Part shown: positions 9,140 to 18,715 of the stretch, piece by piece | Layout: every line of letters begins with the position of its first letter | Numbering within the stretch: the first letter of the stretch is position 1 | Source of the DNA: Candidatus Altiarchaeota archaeon | GTDB taxonomy: Archaea > Altiarchaeota > Altiarchaeia > IMC4 > SCGC-AAA252-I15 | Direction of reading: 5' to 3' | Length of the DNA: 64,000 nucleotides | Assembly: GCA_043800255.1 (NCBI GenBank) | Contig: JAZDNF010000008.1 | Span: forward strand, 32,001-96,000 | The notes under the pieces: model-generated | The model's input: only the letters and a program-made list of their open reading frames with translations | Databases searched by the model: none | What the model was told of the DNA's origin: nothing | Translations under genes and position numbers: made by a program

Positions 9140-9667
9140 ATGAAGGAGAAAACAAAAAACGTGGTAGTGCATCTTGGGGATGTTGGACCCGATGACTCGG
9201 CTAAAGGTAGAGAGTATACTGAGAGGTTCCCAGACATTATGTTCATTGGAATAGACATTGAGGAGCGTCTTGAAAAATTCGAACTCGACAATTATAGGCA
9301 TCTCACTGCCGATTTTATAGGCGGGCTTAAAACCTTAGAGGACAACTCCATAACATTAATCTCCTCTAATCTGGCTTTAGGCTACTATGATGTGGCAGGT
9401 AATATGATCAAAGCCAAAGAAGCGGCAGACTATACTATGCGAGTAGCTCAATTAGCCCACGATAAACTAAAGAGGGGTGGGAAACTGCTGGTAGTAGTGG
9501 CTGAAGATCAGGCTGATATAATAAAGGAAGCCGTCATTAAAGGATCCTTTCATCCTGAAGATGTCAAAACACGCCCCCTAGAACCAAACGAGTATAAACG
9601 AACACACTGGATAAAGGATTACGTCAAAGATAACATTCCCCTCTGTCAGATAACTGCGACAAAATAA
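9140..9667 (+). CDS. Divergent class I SAM-methyltransferase-like protein
   Basis: Degenerate motif I, FIGID, LKRGGKL; AT-rich segment next to tRNA-Ile. Confidence 0.55.
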   Translation: MKEKTKNVVVHLGDVGPDDSAKGREYTERFPDIMFIGIDIEERLEKFELDNYRHLTADFIGGLKTLEDNSITLISSNLALGYYDVAGNMIKAKEAADYTMRVAQLAHDKLKRGGKLLVVVAEDQADIIKEAVIKGSFHPEDVKTRPLEPNEYKRTHWIKDYVKDNIPLCQITATK

Positions 9668-9794
9668 AACGTTTTAAAGTTTGGGGCCAGTGACTTATTG
9701 GAGTCTGAAATCTAGCTATTATTGTGAAACAACCGCGTAAGAAGAAGTTAGGTGTAGGATTTTTACCTTCGTTTTTAATACATAAGAGATGGGA

Positions 9795-9965
9795 TGGGCC
9801 TGCGGAGATTTCTTAACCGCGGGGGCTCCCGCCCCCTCAGTTTCAAGTTCTTCCTGAACCCCCGAAACGAATTGCGAGGTCTCTCGACCTCGCGAATGCA
9901 TTATCACGCTCAAGGGGACTGAGCGAAGCGAAGTCGCCGCCGCATGTAAACTGGGCGTGACAGTT
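9795..9965. repeat. Hairpin cassette bounded by 17-bp direct repeat of tRNA-Ile 3' end
   Basis: TGGGCCTGCGGAGATTT at 9795-9811 and 9966-9982; interior is a series of hairpins. Confidence 0.8.
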
Positions 9966-10128
9966 TGGGCCTGCGGAGATTTGAACTCCGGACCTCTCGA
10001 TTTCAGAAGCGACGCGTAATTCGCGTCCTGCACCTCCCGTCTTTTTTCTTTGGGGGTGAAGCACCTTTCTTTTCTAAAGAAAGGGGCTCTATCAGTCGAG
10101 TGCTCTAACCAGTCTGAGCCACAGGCCC
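9966..10128 (-). tRNA. tRNA-Ile(GAT) with 88-nt intron at 37/38 (10002-10089)
   Basis: GGGCCTG/CAGGCCC acceptor, CTCGA/TCGAG anticodon stem, GTTCAAATC; BHB with one U.U mismatch. Confidence 0.95.
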
Positions 10129-10173
10129 TTGTAAGCAAAAGGTGAGTTAATCTTAGTGATTTAATACTAAAAT

Positions 10174-10436
10174 AAGTTTTTCCTAAAAGAAAAAGGCTTG
10201 TCGAGTGCTCAGCGCGAGAAGCTCTGCTTCTCGGCTCGCCAAAATCGCAGTGGCGATTTTGCGCGTAACCAGTCTGAGCCACAGGCCCTTGTTTATTCTT
10301 TAGTTATTATGGGCCATTAAGCGACCGAAAGGGAGCGCATATGGCTCAACCGAGACATCCGTCTCGGTGAGCACGAAGACGAATGTCTTCGTTGCTCCTT
10401 TGGCCAGCCTTTAAAAAGGCTGTGAGCCACAGGCCC
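10174..10436 (-). repeat. Two truncated tandem copies of tRNA-Ile 5' part with inserted hairpin modules
   Basis: 10200-10210 plus 10266-10292 identical to 10095-10132, split by a 55-nt insert; 10423-10436 is a 14-nt copy. Confidence 0.9.
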
Positions 10437-10482
10437 GTGAAAATTTGAGGTTATTTTTAGTGTTTTTAAGATAAAAAATAGT

Positions 10483-10821
10483 CTACTTAATCCATTTTTG
10501 TCTGGCTTTTTTGATGGTGCCGCTGACTCCTATGATGTGGGGGAGTACGGGCGTCTTGTTTATCTCTGTTATTGTTACTATTGAGGCTCTCACTGGGTCG
10601 ACTGTCTTATGGTTTGTTTTTAGTATTCCAATGTTCTTGTTCTCATCCCATTCTATGAGCCAGAGGCTGGTTGTGGCGGCCTGCACCTCCCCCAGAAGCC
10701 TCTGAGTTGCGTTCAACAGCGCGTGTAGGACGTCCTTCTCATTCAGCCTAACGCTGGATTCTACCTTCAAGACCAGGTACCGGTTCCGTTCCCTCAATGT
10801 TGGGGGGTAGCGTGCTGCCAT
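10483..10821 (-). CDS. rnp2: RNase P protein component 2 (Pop5/Rpp14)
   Basis: PPTLRERNRY ... GVSGTIKKA; start placed at MAARY. Confidence 0.9.
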   Translation of the reverse strand: MAARYPPTLRERNRYLVLKVESSVRLNEKDVLHALLNATQRLLGEVQAATTSLWLIEWDENKNIGILKTNHKTVDPVRASIVTITEINKTPVLPHIIGVSGTIKKARQKWIK

Positions 10822-10823
10822 GG

Positions 10824-12278
10824 TTATTTTTTCTTCCAGTAATCTGCGTGTTTTTTCTCCACCTTTACTCTGCTGAGGAGGTTTATTATCGCATAGGATG
10901 CGAACATTATCTCGAACGGTATAAGCGGCACCTTGTACCTCTGCATGTAGAAGCTGACCATGTAGGTGACCGTGGTTATCGCAAAATATAGGTAAAATAT
11001 GCTGTGCTGCTTCCAGTATCGTTTGCAGGTTAACGCGACCCCGGCCAGAGTTAGAATCCACAGAGGCCACGCGTATGCGAGGTAATTCTCAGGATACCAT
11101 CGTAGTATGCACGTTTCAGTGGGTATGAACCAGAATTCTGTCAAGAAACGGTTTATCTTCTGTATGAAGATGTCCGGGTGCGCGGTTATGTGCTCTAGCG
11201 CGAGTTTTATCGCCAGCCTGTTCTTCGCCGCATCGTAGTTGGGCTGCGCCGGGTCCAAATTCTCGAAGGGGCTATAGTGGACTCCCTCCGGAGGCGAGTG
11301 CTCGTAGCATCCTGAGCTGTAGGGGTTGTTCCCGATCCAGAAGTTGACTCCGCTGTTCGTTGAGACGAACACGATTTCTCCGCCGCTGACGTTGTAGTTC
11401 CTGATGAACCAGGGCAGCTGTATTATGAGCACGGCCGCCAGGAGTATGGCCGAGAGCCGGAGCACATGCTTGCGGTCTTTCAGGTTTATGAGCAGCCAGA
11501 TTATGATCGCAGGTATCAGGAACACGGTCTGGGCTTTCAGGTACAAGGAAAAACCCACGGCAGCGCTAGCAACAATCCACGATTTCAGGTTGTTGTATTT
11601 TCGGAAGATGAACATGCAATAGAATCCAACCAGGAGAACGGATATGAGAAGCATCTCATTGTAGAGGTTTGTGGCATGGAAGAATAGGTCCAAATCGACC
11701 AACGAGATTACGAACGACGCCCACGCGACTCTGTCGTTGAAAAGCAGCTTCGCTATCTTCCACAACAGGAAGGCGTTTATTACGCTAAGGAGCACGAGAC
11801 TGAGCCTCCCGATAACATAGTCTCCGCCGAACAGGTAGTAGACCATGCCCAGGAAGTACGAGAACCCGGGCTCGTAATAGTATCCTGGGAATCCCTTCCC
11901 GCCTGCTATGCTCAGCCCGAACCTGTGATAGCCTTCGTCATCTTGGCCTGGGAGAGGCGCCCTATAGTCTCTGGCGAAGTCGACCTTCATGTAAGTCGAG
12001 CCTATGAGGATGAACAACGTTATGAGGGCGACAAGCGGCCTCTCTTTTATGAAATTGACCACGTCGGAGAGTGTGGAGTTGATGTCCTCCAGCAGGTTGT
12101 ATTCGTTCTCGAACTCGAGGCCACAATTGGGGCAGTAGGGGTAGTCGTCTCTTATAGGTGAGTCGCATTCACCACACCTGAGTTCTGTTTTCAGCTTTTT
12201 CACCACCCTGGTCCTGCATTCGGGGCAGCTGCTGTCGCCTTCAGCAAGCTCTCTCCCGCAATTGTAACAGTAGGCCAT
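10824..12278 (-). CDS. GT-C (GT39/ArnT-like) glycosyltransferase with N-terminal double zinc ribbon
   Basis: Four CxxC, DDEGY, P.FSYFLG, PWFIRNY, NFWIGNNP, RYKVP; many TM helices. Confidence 0.85.
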   Translation of the reverse strand: MAYCYNCGRELAEGDSSCPECRTRVVKKLKTELRCGECDSPIRDDYPYCPNCGLEFENEYNLLEDINSTLSDVVNFIKERPLVALITLFILIGSTYMKVDFARDYRAPLPGQDDEGYHRFGLSIAGGKGFPGYYYEPGFSYFLGMVYYLFGGDYVIGRLSLVLLSVINAFLLWKIAKLLFNDRVAWASFVISLVDLDLFFHATNLYNEMLLISVLLVGFYCMFIFRKYNNLKSWIVASAAVGFSLYLKAQTVFLIPAIIIWLLINLKDRKHVLRLSAILLAAVLIIQLPWFIRNYNVSGGEIVFVSTNSGVNFWIGNNPYSSGCYEHSPPEGVHYSPFENLDPAQPNYDAAKNRLAIKLALEHITAHPDIFIQKINRFLTEFWFIPTETCILRWYPENYLAYAWPLWILTLAGVALTCKRYWKQHSIFYLYFAITTVTYMVSFYMQRYKVPLIPFEIMFASYAIINLLSRVKVEKKHADYWKKK

Positions 12279-12315
12279 CTTCTGGAGTATAAGATTATGT
12301 TTAATTAAAATTTAA

Positions 12316-13341
12316 GTGAGGATGAAATCCGAGGTACTATATTATAGTAATACTGGGAGGATTAGGGAGGGCGTTGACAGGTTCCTCAAGGTTGTCTCCG
12401 ATGACCTTGGAAGGGACGGGGTAGCTTTCAAGATACACTTCGGCGAAAAGGGGAATGATACGCACATAAGGCCCAAATGGGTTAAGGGCATTCCCGAATA
12501 CTTCAACGACCCTGTGTTCGTCGAGTGCAATGTGATGTACAGGGGCTCGAGGACGAGGCGTTCAGACCATCTGAAGATGGCGAAAGAGCATGGCTTCGAT
12601 TTCATCAACATAGACATACTGGACGGCGAGATGGGTGAGGATTCTGTTGACGTGCCAGTCGCGCTGAAAGGCAGGAAGTCCGTGAAGCTTGGGGCTGGCA
12701 TACTAAAGTATGACAGGCTGGTGGCGCTCTCACACTTCAAAGGCCATATGGCGACCGGCTTCGGAGGCGCGCTGAAGAACATTGGCATGGGCTTGGGCTC
12801 GAGGGCTGGGAAGATGGAGATGCATTCTATAATCTCGCCCTACGTTGACAGCGCCAAATGCACTGCCTGCGGCGTCTGCGTGGAAAACTGCGACTTCAAC
12901 GCCATCGAATTGGGCAAGGCTGCCAGCATAGACAAAGAAAAGTGTGCAGGCTGCGCCAGGTGCATCGCAGTATGCCCGAACGGCGCGGTCAGCATACCCT
13001 GGGATATGAGCGACGAGGTTAATAACAGACTAATGGAGAACATCGCAGACTACGCCTTCGGCGCAACATCAGGGAGGAGATGGTGGTACATCAATTTTTT
13101 GACTGACATGACAGTGGACTGCGATTGCATGCCGCACGCCCAGAAGAGAATCGCCGATGACATTGGGATTCTGCTGTCAAAGGACCCGGTAGCGATAGAC
13201 CAGGCCTCCCTGGACTTAATAGTCGAGAAGAACGGCAAAGACCCGTTCAAAGCAGCCAACAAAGTGGACAGCTCCCACATTCTGGAGTATGGCGAAAGCA
13301 TCGGCCTCGGAACCAGGGAGTATACGCTGAATCGTATTTAA
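12316..13341 (+). CDS. DUF362 domain Fe-S protein with 2x[4Fe-4S] ferredoxin domain
   Basis: KIHFGE, SHFKGH, GGALKNIGMG, two CxxCxxCxxxC, DPVAIDQAS. Confidence 0.9.
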   Translation: MRMKSEVLYYSNTGRIREGVDRFLKVVSDDLGRDGVAFKIHFGEKGNDTHIRPKWVKGIPEYFNDPVFVECNVMYRGSRTRRSDHLKMAKEHGFDFINIDILDGEMGEDSVDVPVALKGRKSVKLGAGILKYDRLVALSHFKGHMATGFGGALKNIGMGLGSRAGKMEMHSIISPYVDSAKCTACGVCVENCDFNAIELGKAASIDKEKCAGCARCIAVCPNGAVSIPWDMSDEVNNRLMENIADYAFGATSGRRWWYINFLTDMTVDCDCMPHAQKRIADDIGILLSKDPVAIDQASLDLIVEKNGKDPFKAANKVDSSHILEYGESIGLGTREYTLNRI

Positions 13342-13365
13342 TTGCGGGCTTCCAATAATAATGTT

Positions 13366-15300
13366 ATGCGCACAGCAGAGGCTGGTTTAAAGCAGAAACC
13401 TGAAGGCACTTCTAAGTTTGACGTCCCGCTCAAGCAGGTCACAGGCTCAGACAAGCAATCGGAAGGGCAACTTGTTCTAGTCATCCTGGACGGCTGGGGT
13501 TTGGACAAAAAACTGAACGGTTGGGCTGACCCAGCTAACAGGAAGAAACTGACGGGAAATGCGATAGCGATGGCTAAGACCCCGAATATGGACTGGCTGT
13601 GGGCCAGTTACCCTCATCTCGTGATGAAAGCAAGCGGAGACCACATCGGCCTCAGGCCGGCAGACCCGACCATCGGACGGCAGGATGAGGAGGGGAACAG
13701 CGAAGTAGGCCACATGAACACCGGCTCAGGCCAGAAGCTCACGCTCTCGAAAGGCATAGACGAGAAGCTCGCTGACGGCTCCTTCTTCGAGAATCCTACA
13801 CTGAGAAAGGTCATGCAAAATGCCGTGGACAACGGCAGGCCGTTGCACATCTTTGGGATGGTGTCTGACATGGGCGTCCACAACAGGATAGACCACATGT
13901 TCGGGCTTTTTGAACTTGCGAAACGCGTTGGAGTGAAGGACGTACTGGTTCACGCCTTCACGGATGGCAGAGACACTGTCGAAAAGAACGAGGCAGTTTT
14001 GGGCGACGGGACAGGATACTTCGAGAAAGTGGTTGACGGGATAAAAAAATTCAACGCAGAAGCCGGAGGAAAGACTAGGGTCAAAGTAGCTTCCATCATG
14101 GGCCGCAGCTGGGGAATGGACAGAAACGATGAGAACTGGGACAAGACCGTATTCGCCTACAAGAGCATGCGATTCGGCGTTATTGTGGATGATAATGTGA
14201 CGGTTCGGACAGCTAAGGACCCGATAGAAGCCGTTAAAGCAGCGTATACGACTGAGAAGAAGAGGGGGGAATTCGAATCGGACGAGGACATAGTTCCAAC
14301 ACTGATCGTCGGGGCAGACGGCAAACCGATAGGCATAATACGCGACGGCGACTCAGTAATCGCAGCCAACTTCAGGAAGGACCGGATGATACAAATCACC
14401 AAGTGCTTTGTGGAGGATAACCTCTGGGACAAGAAGCACAACCCTGTTGACCTCAAAAGAGGGCCGGGAGACAAAGACGAGAAACCGGAGGTCGCCTTCA
14501 CAGGCCTGACATACTACTATGACGAGCTCAGAGGCAAGGTTGGGATGGCATTCACGACGGAGCCGCCGAAGAATACACTCTCAGACGTCCTGTATGAGGC
14601 TGGCAGGAAATCCTGGGCATGCGCAGAGTCGAACAAGTACAGTCACGTGACCCAGTATTTCGCAGGAGGCGAGCGCGACAAGCCGCTTCCCAACGAGGTC
14701 TGGGATCTCGTGGAATCTCCAACAGTGGTAGTGAATGGGAAAAAACAGAAAATCCAGACCGTAGACCTGTGGAGGAAGCCTGGCATGAGCGCGGCAGCCG
14801 TCGCAGACCACGCGGTTGATGCCATCAGCTCCGGCAATTACGATTTTGTCAGAATGAACTTCGCGAACCCGGATATGATAGGACACTGCGATCCTGTAAT
14901 AGGAGCAACCGATTTGGAGGGCAACAGGATAACATCAAGCGTAGATTCGGCAAAATTCGCCGTGGAGGCTGTCGACCGCCAGGTTGGCAGAATCGTGGAA
15001 GCCTGCCAGAAAACCAACTCCACCCTCATAATCACAGCAGACCACGGCAACGCTGAGGTGATGATCAACCAGAAGGGGACTACGAGCAAAAAGCACACGA
15101 ACAACGACGTGCCCTTTATCGTCATCCCCGCCAGGGGGACGAAAGTCGAACTCGCTTCTGATGATGCCCGCGGCAGGGCGGCTGAACTGAGGGACATCGC
15201 GCCCACGATACTCACCCTCATGAACTTAAAAGACAGAATCCCTAAGGAGATGACAGGGAAAAACCTTGCGACCAGGATAACCCACGCCAACACCGTCTGA
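13366..15300 (+). CDS. gpmI: 2,3-BPG-independent phosphoglycerate mutase (bacterial GpmI type, with insertions)
   Basis: LVILDGWG, GNSEVGH, DGRD, NFRKDR, NFANPDMIGH, TADHGNAE. Confidence 0.92.
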   Translation: MRTAEAGLKQKPEGTSKFDVPLKQVTGSDKQSEGQLVLVILDGWGLDKKLNGWADPANRKKLTGNAIAMAKTPNMDWLWASYPHLVMKASGDHIGLRPADPTIGRQDEEGNSEVGHMNTGSGQKLTLSKGIDEKLADGSFFENPTLRKVMQNAVDNGRPLHIFGMVSDMGVHNRIDHMFGLFELAKRVGVKDVLVHAFTDGRDTVEKNEAVLGDGTGYFEKVVDGIKKFNAEAGGKTRVKVASIMGRSWGMDRNDENWDKTVFAYKSMRFGVIVDDNVTVRTAKDPIEAVKAAYTTEKKRGEFESDEDIVPTLIVGADGKPIGIIRDGDSVIAANFRKDRMIQITKCFVEDNLWDKKHNPVDLKRGPGDKDEKPEVAFTGLTYYYDELRGKVGMAFTTEPPKNTLSDVLYEAGRKSWACAESNKYSHVTQYFAGGERDKPLPNEVWDLVESPTVVVNGKKQKIQTVDLWRKPGMSAAAVADHAVDAISSGNYDFVRMNFANPDMIGHCDPVIGATDLEGNRITSSVDSAKFAVEAVDRQVGRIVEACQKTNSTLIITADHGNAEVMINQKGTTSKKHTNNDVPFIVIPARGTKVELASDDARGRAAELRDIAPTILTLMNLKDRIPKEMTGKNLATRITHANTV

Positions 15301-15301
15301 G

Positions 15302-15455
15302 CTTTTGTCAAGAACCGCTGGTGTGGCGGAGGCAGATGCCTCCGACACGCGCCCGAGCAAGGCTCGGCCGCGTCAGAGACCGGCGGCATGAAATCAGAGG
15401 GGAAATAGTCTTGACAGAAGATTTCCGCCACCAGTCAATAGACTGGTGGAAATCT
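15302..15455. repeat. MITE-like nested inverted repeat with double-hairpin core
   Basis: 12-bp inverted repeats (11/12) at 15302-15313 and 15409-15420; internal hairpins CGGAGGC/GCCTCCG and CCGAGC/GCTCGG; further hairpin ~15419-15455. Confidence 0.55.
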
Positions 15456-15486
15456 CTGATTTATACCGTGCCATTTCATAGTTATC

Positions 15487-16035
15487 ATGGAGTTCATGAC
15501 AGATGCGTTGCTGGAAGTCGGAAAGGCAGGATTGTTAATTGCATCTGAGGTTGTAATCATCATAGTAGTCGCCCACGTTCTCATAAAAACCGTGGACAAA
15601 CTGCTTGGAAAGATCCTCAAGTTCACTAACTTCGACAGGACGCTTGAGAAGTTCTTCCACAAGAGCGTTATAATGCTGCTATGGATACTGACAGCAGGAG
15701 TCATCCTGCTGGTTCTGGGAGTCGACCTGAACACGCTCCTAGCCAGCTTCGGGGTGATGAGCTTCATAGTCGGTTTCGCGCTGAAGGACACCCTCAGCAA
15801 CTTCGCCTCAGGGATTATGATACTCGTCAACAAACCATTCGTCGTCGGGGATGACATAGAAATCAAAGAGGCGAAGGGCACGGTCAAAACGGTCAGCATG
15901 ACGTACACCAAAATCGTCACAAAAGACGGCGCCAAAATAACCATCCCCAACAATGTAGTCTGGAGCAACCCCATAATAAACCACACAGCATACAGGGCGA
16001 AAGACAGAGTCAGGAGAGAGGGGGAAGCTCAGTAG
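15487..16035 (+). CDS. mscS: Small-conductance mechanosensitive channel family protein
   Basis: GFALKDTLSNFASG, KPFVVGD, IPNN. Confidence 0.9.
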   Translation: MEFMTDALLEVGKAGLLIASEVVIIIVVAHVLIKTVDKLLGKILKFTNFDRTLEKFFHKSVIMLLWILTAGVILLVLGVDLNTLLASFGVMSFIVGFALKDTLSNFASGIMILVNKPFVVGDDIEIKEAKGTVKTVSMTYTKIVTKDGAKITIPNNVVWSNPIINHTAYRAKDRVRREGEAQ

Positions 16036-16126
16036 GTTGTTTATTTTTCTACGGAACCGCGGGGGGAGAGCACAATCTCGTGTAATGCGCTCGGTTTAAT
16101 AACGGAACTGATACATAGGTGATAAT

Positions 16127-16273
16127 ATGGCCTCTAAGAGATTTTTCAGGTGTAATGTCTGCAATGACGTACACTTCGGGCTGGCAGGCCCCGCAGTATG
16201 TCCGACATGCCAGGCTAAGAACGCCTACGTCGAGATTGACGCCCAGGAAGCTAGGAACGTGATGAACTTATGA
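16127..16273 (+). CDS. Small rubredoxin-like protein (48 aa, absent from ORF track)
   Basis: Manual translation MASKRFFRCNVCNDVHFGLAGPAVCPTCQAK...; AGGTGA SD; ATGA overlap with next gene. Confidence 0.8.
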   Translation: MASKRFFRCNVCNDVHFGLAGPAVCPTCQAKNAYVEIDAQEARNVMNL

Positions 16274-16536
16274 ACAAACAGGAGCTTAGGGCGGCTTGGG
16301 AAAAGTTCACGGAAAAAAACGACTTCAAACTGAACCCTGACGACGAACACGTATCTCTCGTCATAGAAGGCGTTCTCGAGAACGAGAGAAAATGCGGCCT
16401 CAAACTGTGCCCCTGCAGGCTGAGGGACGGCAGCAGGGAGATGGATTTGAAGCTCATATGCCCATGCAACTTCAAGGCCCAGGACACATGGAAAACGAAG
16501 GGACAGTGCTGGTGCGGCCTGTTCGTCAGAAAATAG
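16270..16536 (+). CDS. Ferredoxin:thioredoxin reductase catalytic subunit
   Basis: CPCR, CPC, CWCGLF motifs. Confidence 0.92.
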   Translation: MNKQELRAAWEKFTEKNDFKLNPDDEHVSLVIEGVLENERKCGLKLCPCRLRDGSREMDLKLICPCNFKAQDTWKTKGQCWCGLFVRK

Positions 16537-16574
16537 GTTAATATTTTATAATACAATAATATTGGGGTGACAGC

Positions 16575-17426
16575 ATGAGAACAGCAGTTATCGGAATATT
16601 CATCGCATTACTTGTTTTGGCTTCAGGGTGCACTAAGGAACCATCAGTCCCTGCGACAACGACGGTTACGCCCACATCAGCCGAGACGACTGTCGCAGTA
16701 AAGCCTTCGATAAAGGTCTCCACCAACCCAGCTGGCAGCACCGTCAGCGTCGACAGCCTGTACGTGGACGAGGACGGTTTCGTGGTAATACATAAGTTCG
16801 AGAACGGCCAGCTTGGGGAAGCCGTAGGCAACACTTACGTCACAGCAGGCCAGAAATCCGACGTCGAAGTTGGGATTTCCGGCGTCGAGGCTCCAGCGGA
16901 GCTTATTGCGATGCTCCACTATGATGACGGCGACGGAGTCTACGAGTTCCCGGGGCCTGACGGGCCGGTGAAGATTGGCGACATGATAGTGATGACAAAC
17001 TTCAGCCTCGTTGAGGCAACAGGAATCCAGTGCATAGACTGCGCTACAGGCTACACTGGAGGCGGATGCGCGACCGTGGATGATGTAACAGGAGAGATTG
17101 TCTCACCGCCGCCGTGCGTTCTGGAGGAGACTACCACATCCGTCACCGTGAGCGTTAAGGAATTCGACATCACAGCCAAACGGTTCAGCTTCACCCCGTC
17201 AACGATCAGGGTAAAGCAGGGCGACAATGTCAGGATAAGATTGACGAGCGCCGACGTCACGCACGGCTTCGCGATATCAGAATACGAGATAGACGAGAAG
17301 GTTAGCGGAGGCGAGACGAAAACGTTCGAGTTCACTGCTGACAAGGAGGGTATGTTCACCTTCAAGTGCTCCGTCTACTGCGGCACAGGCCACATGAACA
17401 TGAAAGGAACTCTGATAGTGGAGTAG
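16575..17426 (+). CDS. Lipoprotein with C-terminal CuA-type cupredoxin domain
   Basis: LASGC lipobox; HGF ... CSVYCGTGHMNM. Confidence 0.85.
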   Translation: MRTAVIGIFIALLVLASGCTKEPSVPATTTVTPTSAETTVAVKPSIKVSTNPAGSTVSVDSLYVDEDGFVVIHKFENGQLGEAVGNTYVTAGQKSDVEVGISGVEAPAELIAMLHYDDGDGVYEFPGPDGPVKIGDMIVMTNFSLVEATGIQCIDCATGYTGGGCATVDDVTGEIVSPPPCVLEETTTSVTVSVKEFDITAKRFSFTPSTIRVKQGDNVRIRLTSADVTHGFAISEYEIDEKVSGGETKTFEFTADKEGMFTFKCSVYCGTGHMNMKGTLIVE

Positions 17427-17427
17427 G

Positions 17428-17646
17428 ATGGCAATCGACATAGGATACTATGAGGTATGGGGTGTGCCGTTGATAATCTACGGCGGCATCATAACCCTAT
17501 TATCTCTTTTTATAACAGCATCAATAGCTGTATTGAACCGCAAGGGAGTTACAAAAATCCCATTCAAATGGCATCCTAGGATGGCGAAACTTTCGATAAT
17601 CCTTGCAGTCACTCACGCGACTTTGGTTGTGCTCTCAAGGATCTAG
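17428..17646 (+). CDS. Small two-TM membrane protein
   Basis: Two hydrophobic helices with His residues; 1 nt from upstream stop. Confidence 0.65.
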   Translation: MAIDIGYYEVWGVPLIIYGGIITLLSLFITASIAVLNRKGVTKIPFKWHPRMAKLSIILAVTHATLVVLSRI

Positions 17647-18050
17647 CCCTCTTCTCTCATCCTCGAACACAGTTCGCAGTCCATTCTCTTGCAGTCGAAG
17701 GTGCCCTTTCCGCCCCACTTCAGGCCATAAGCCTTGAACCCTTCTATGATGTCGCAGGCGTCCCTGCCTTTTTCAGTCAGGATATAGTCGACTTTCACAG
17801 GCTTGACTTTAGAGTAGACTCTCCTCCTCAAGAGGCCGTCCCCCACCATCTCCTTAAGCCGCTCTGAGAGGACTTTTGTGCTTACGTTCCCCAGTCTGGT
17901 TTTCACTTCCATGAAACCCAGCCTCTTCTTTTTTGAATAGTATACTTCCTTGAGGATGAGCAGAGTCCATCTTTTGCCCAGAAGCCTGAGGGTCTGCCTC
18001 ACGGGGCAGAACTCGTTTATCGGCAGCCTGCTGGTGGATCCCTTTTTCAT
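17643..18050 (-). CDS. HxlR/DUF24 family transcriptional regulator
   Basis: CPV...LGKRWTLLIL, LSERLKEM, V.Y.LTEKG; N-terminal Cys. Confidence 0.92.
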   Translation of the reverse strand: MKKGSTSRLPINEFCPVRQTLRLLGKRWTLLILKEVYYSKKKRLGFMEVKTRLGNVSTKVLSERLKEMVGDGLLRRRVYSKVKPVKVDYILTEKGRDACDIIEGFKAYGLKWGGKGTFDCKRMDCELCSRMREEG

Positions 18051-18055
18051 CTCAA

Positions 18056-18120
18056 GGTAACTTTATGGTTACTGTCAGTTATTAATATTGTCAGATTAAT
18101 ATTAGTTTATAAAAGTAACC
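18056..18120. promoter_or_regulatory. Putative HxlR operators flanking divergent AT-rich promoter boxes
   Basis: Palindrome GGTAAC-N6-GTTACT (18056-18073) and related box at 18104-18120 either side of ATTAATATT repeats. Confidence 0.45.
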
Positions 18121-18204
18121 AACTCATGAGGTGAGCGCAATGGGGCCAGGCTGCTGTTAATCTGAAGGATAATTAGTATAGCACCATCTTCTTTATTTAT
18201 TAAT

Positions 18205-18714
18205 ATGAAACTGACTGAGAATAGGATTTTCGCATTTATACTGTTGGTTGTTATCCTCTTTGTATTCGCAGCCTACGTTGTGAACTACAACAGGGAGGGA
18301 ATTACAAGACCTATAGAGGCGCAATCGTCTACGACAACGACATTGACTGCAACGACAATCCAGACCACGACGATAGAGCCTGTCTCGGACGTTAACTCGC
18401 AACCGACAGAGGTGGAAGAACAGTCTACGACGACCACGCTGCAACCGGCCTCCACGGCGAACTCGTACTTTTCCAGGTTCGAGGGGAGGGGCTACAGGCA
18501 CGCATACGTTGGCGTCATCTATCAGTGCCCGAGCTGCGTGCCGGCGATAGCCTCAGTACTTAATGACGAGCCGGGAGTAATCGCAAAGAGCATGGCATAC
18601 AAGCAGAAAGTCAGCTGGGTTGTCTATGACCCAACGGAGGTCACACCAGAGAGGATGGTCTCGATCTTGGGCAGTAGCGGCGAAGCCAGCCTGATAAACG
18701 ACACAGCCATCTGA
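18205..18714 (+). CDS. Membrane-anchored heavy-metal-associated (HMA) domain protein
   Basis: N-terminal TM, Thr-rich linker, CPSC, VVYDP. Confidence 0.75.
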   Translation: MKLTENRIFAFILLVVILFVFAAYVVNYNREGITRPIEAQSSTTTTLTATTIQTTTIEPVSDVNSQPTEVEEQSTTTTLQPASTANSYFSRFEGRGYRHAYVGVIYQCPSCVPAIASVLNDEPGVIAKSMAYKQKVSWVVYDPTEVTPERMVSILGSSGEASLINDTAI

Positions 18715-18715
18715 C

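Noticed and set aside
9719-10282. 187-aa minus-strand ORF, and the short ORFs at 3086-3407, 41395-41646 and 58430-58694
   Set aside because: They run across tRNA genes or hairpin repeats and show no protein motifs
10200-10292. Split (trans-spliced) tRNA half
   Set aside because: An intact gene is adjacent, the copy stops before the anticodon, and no BHB or complementary leader is visible; not fully excluded without RNA data
10095-10436. Repeated TGAGCCACAGGCCC units as a CRISPR array
   Set aside because: The repeats are tRNA-Ile 5' sequence of unequal length and spacing; no cas genes are in the window
10822-11070. N-terminal extension of the Pop5 ORF
   Set aside because: Overlaps the glycosyltransferase gene; Pop5 similarity starts at MAARY (10821)
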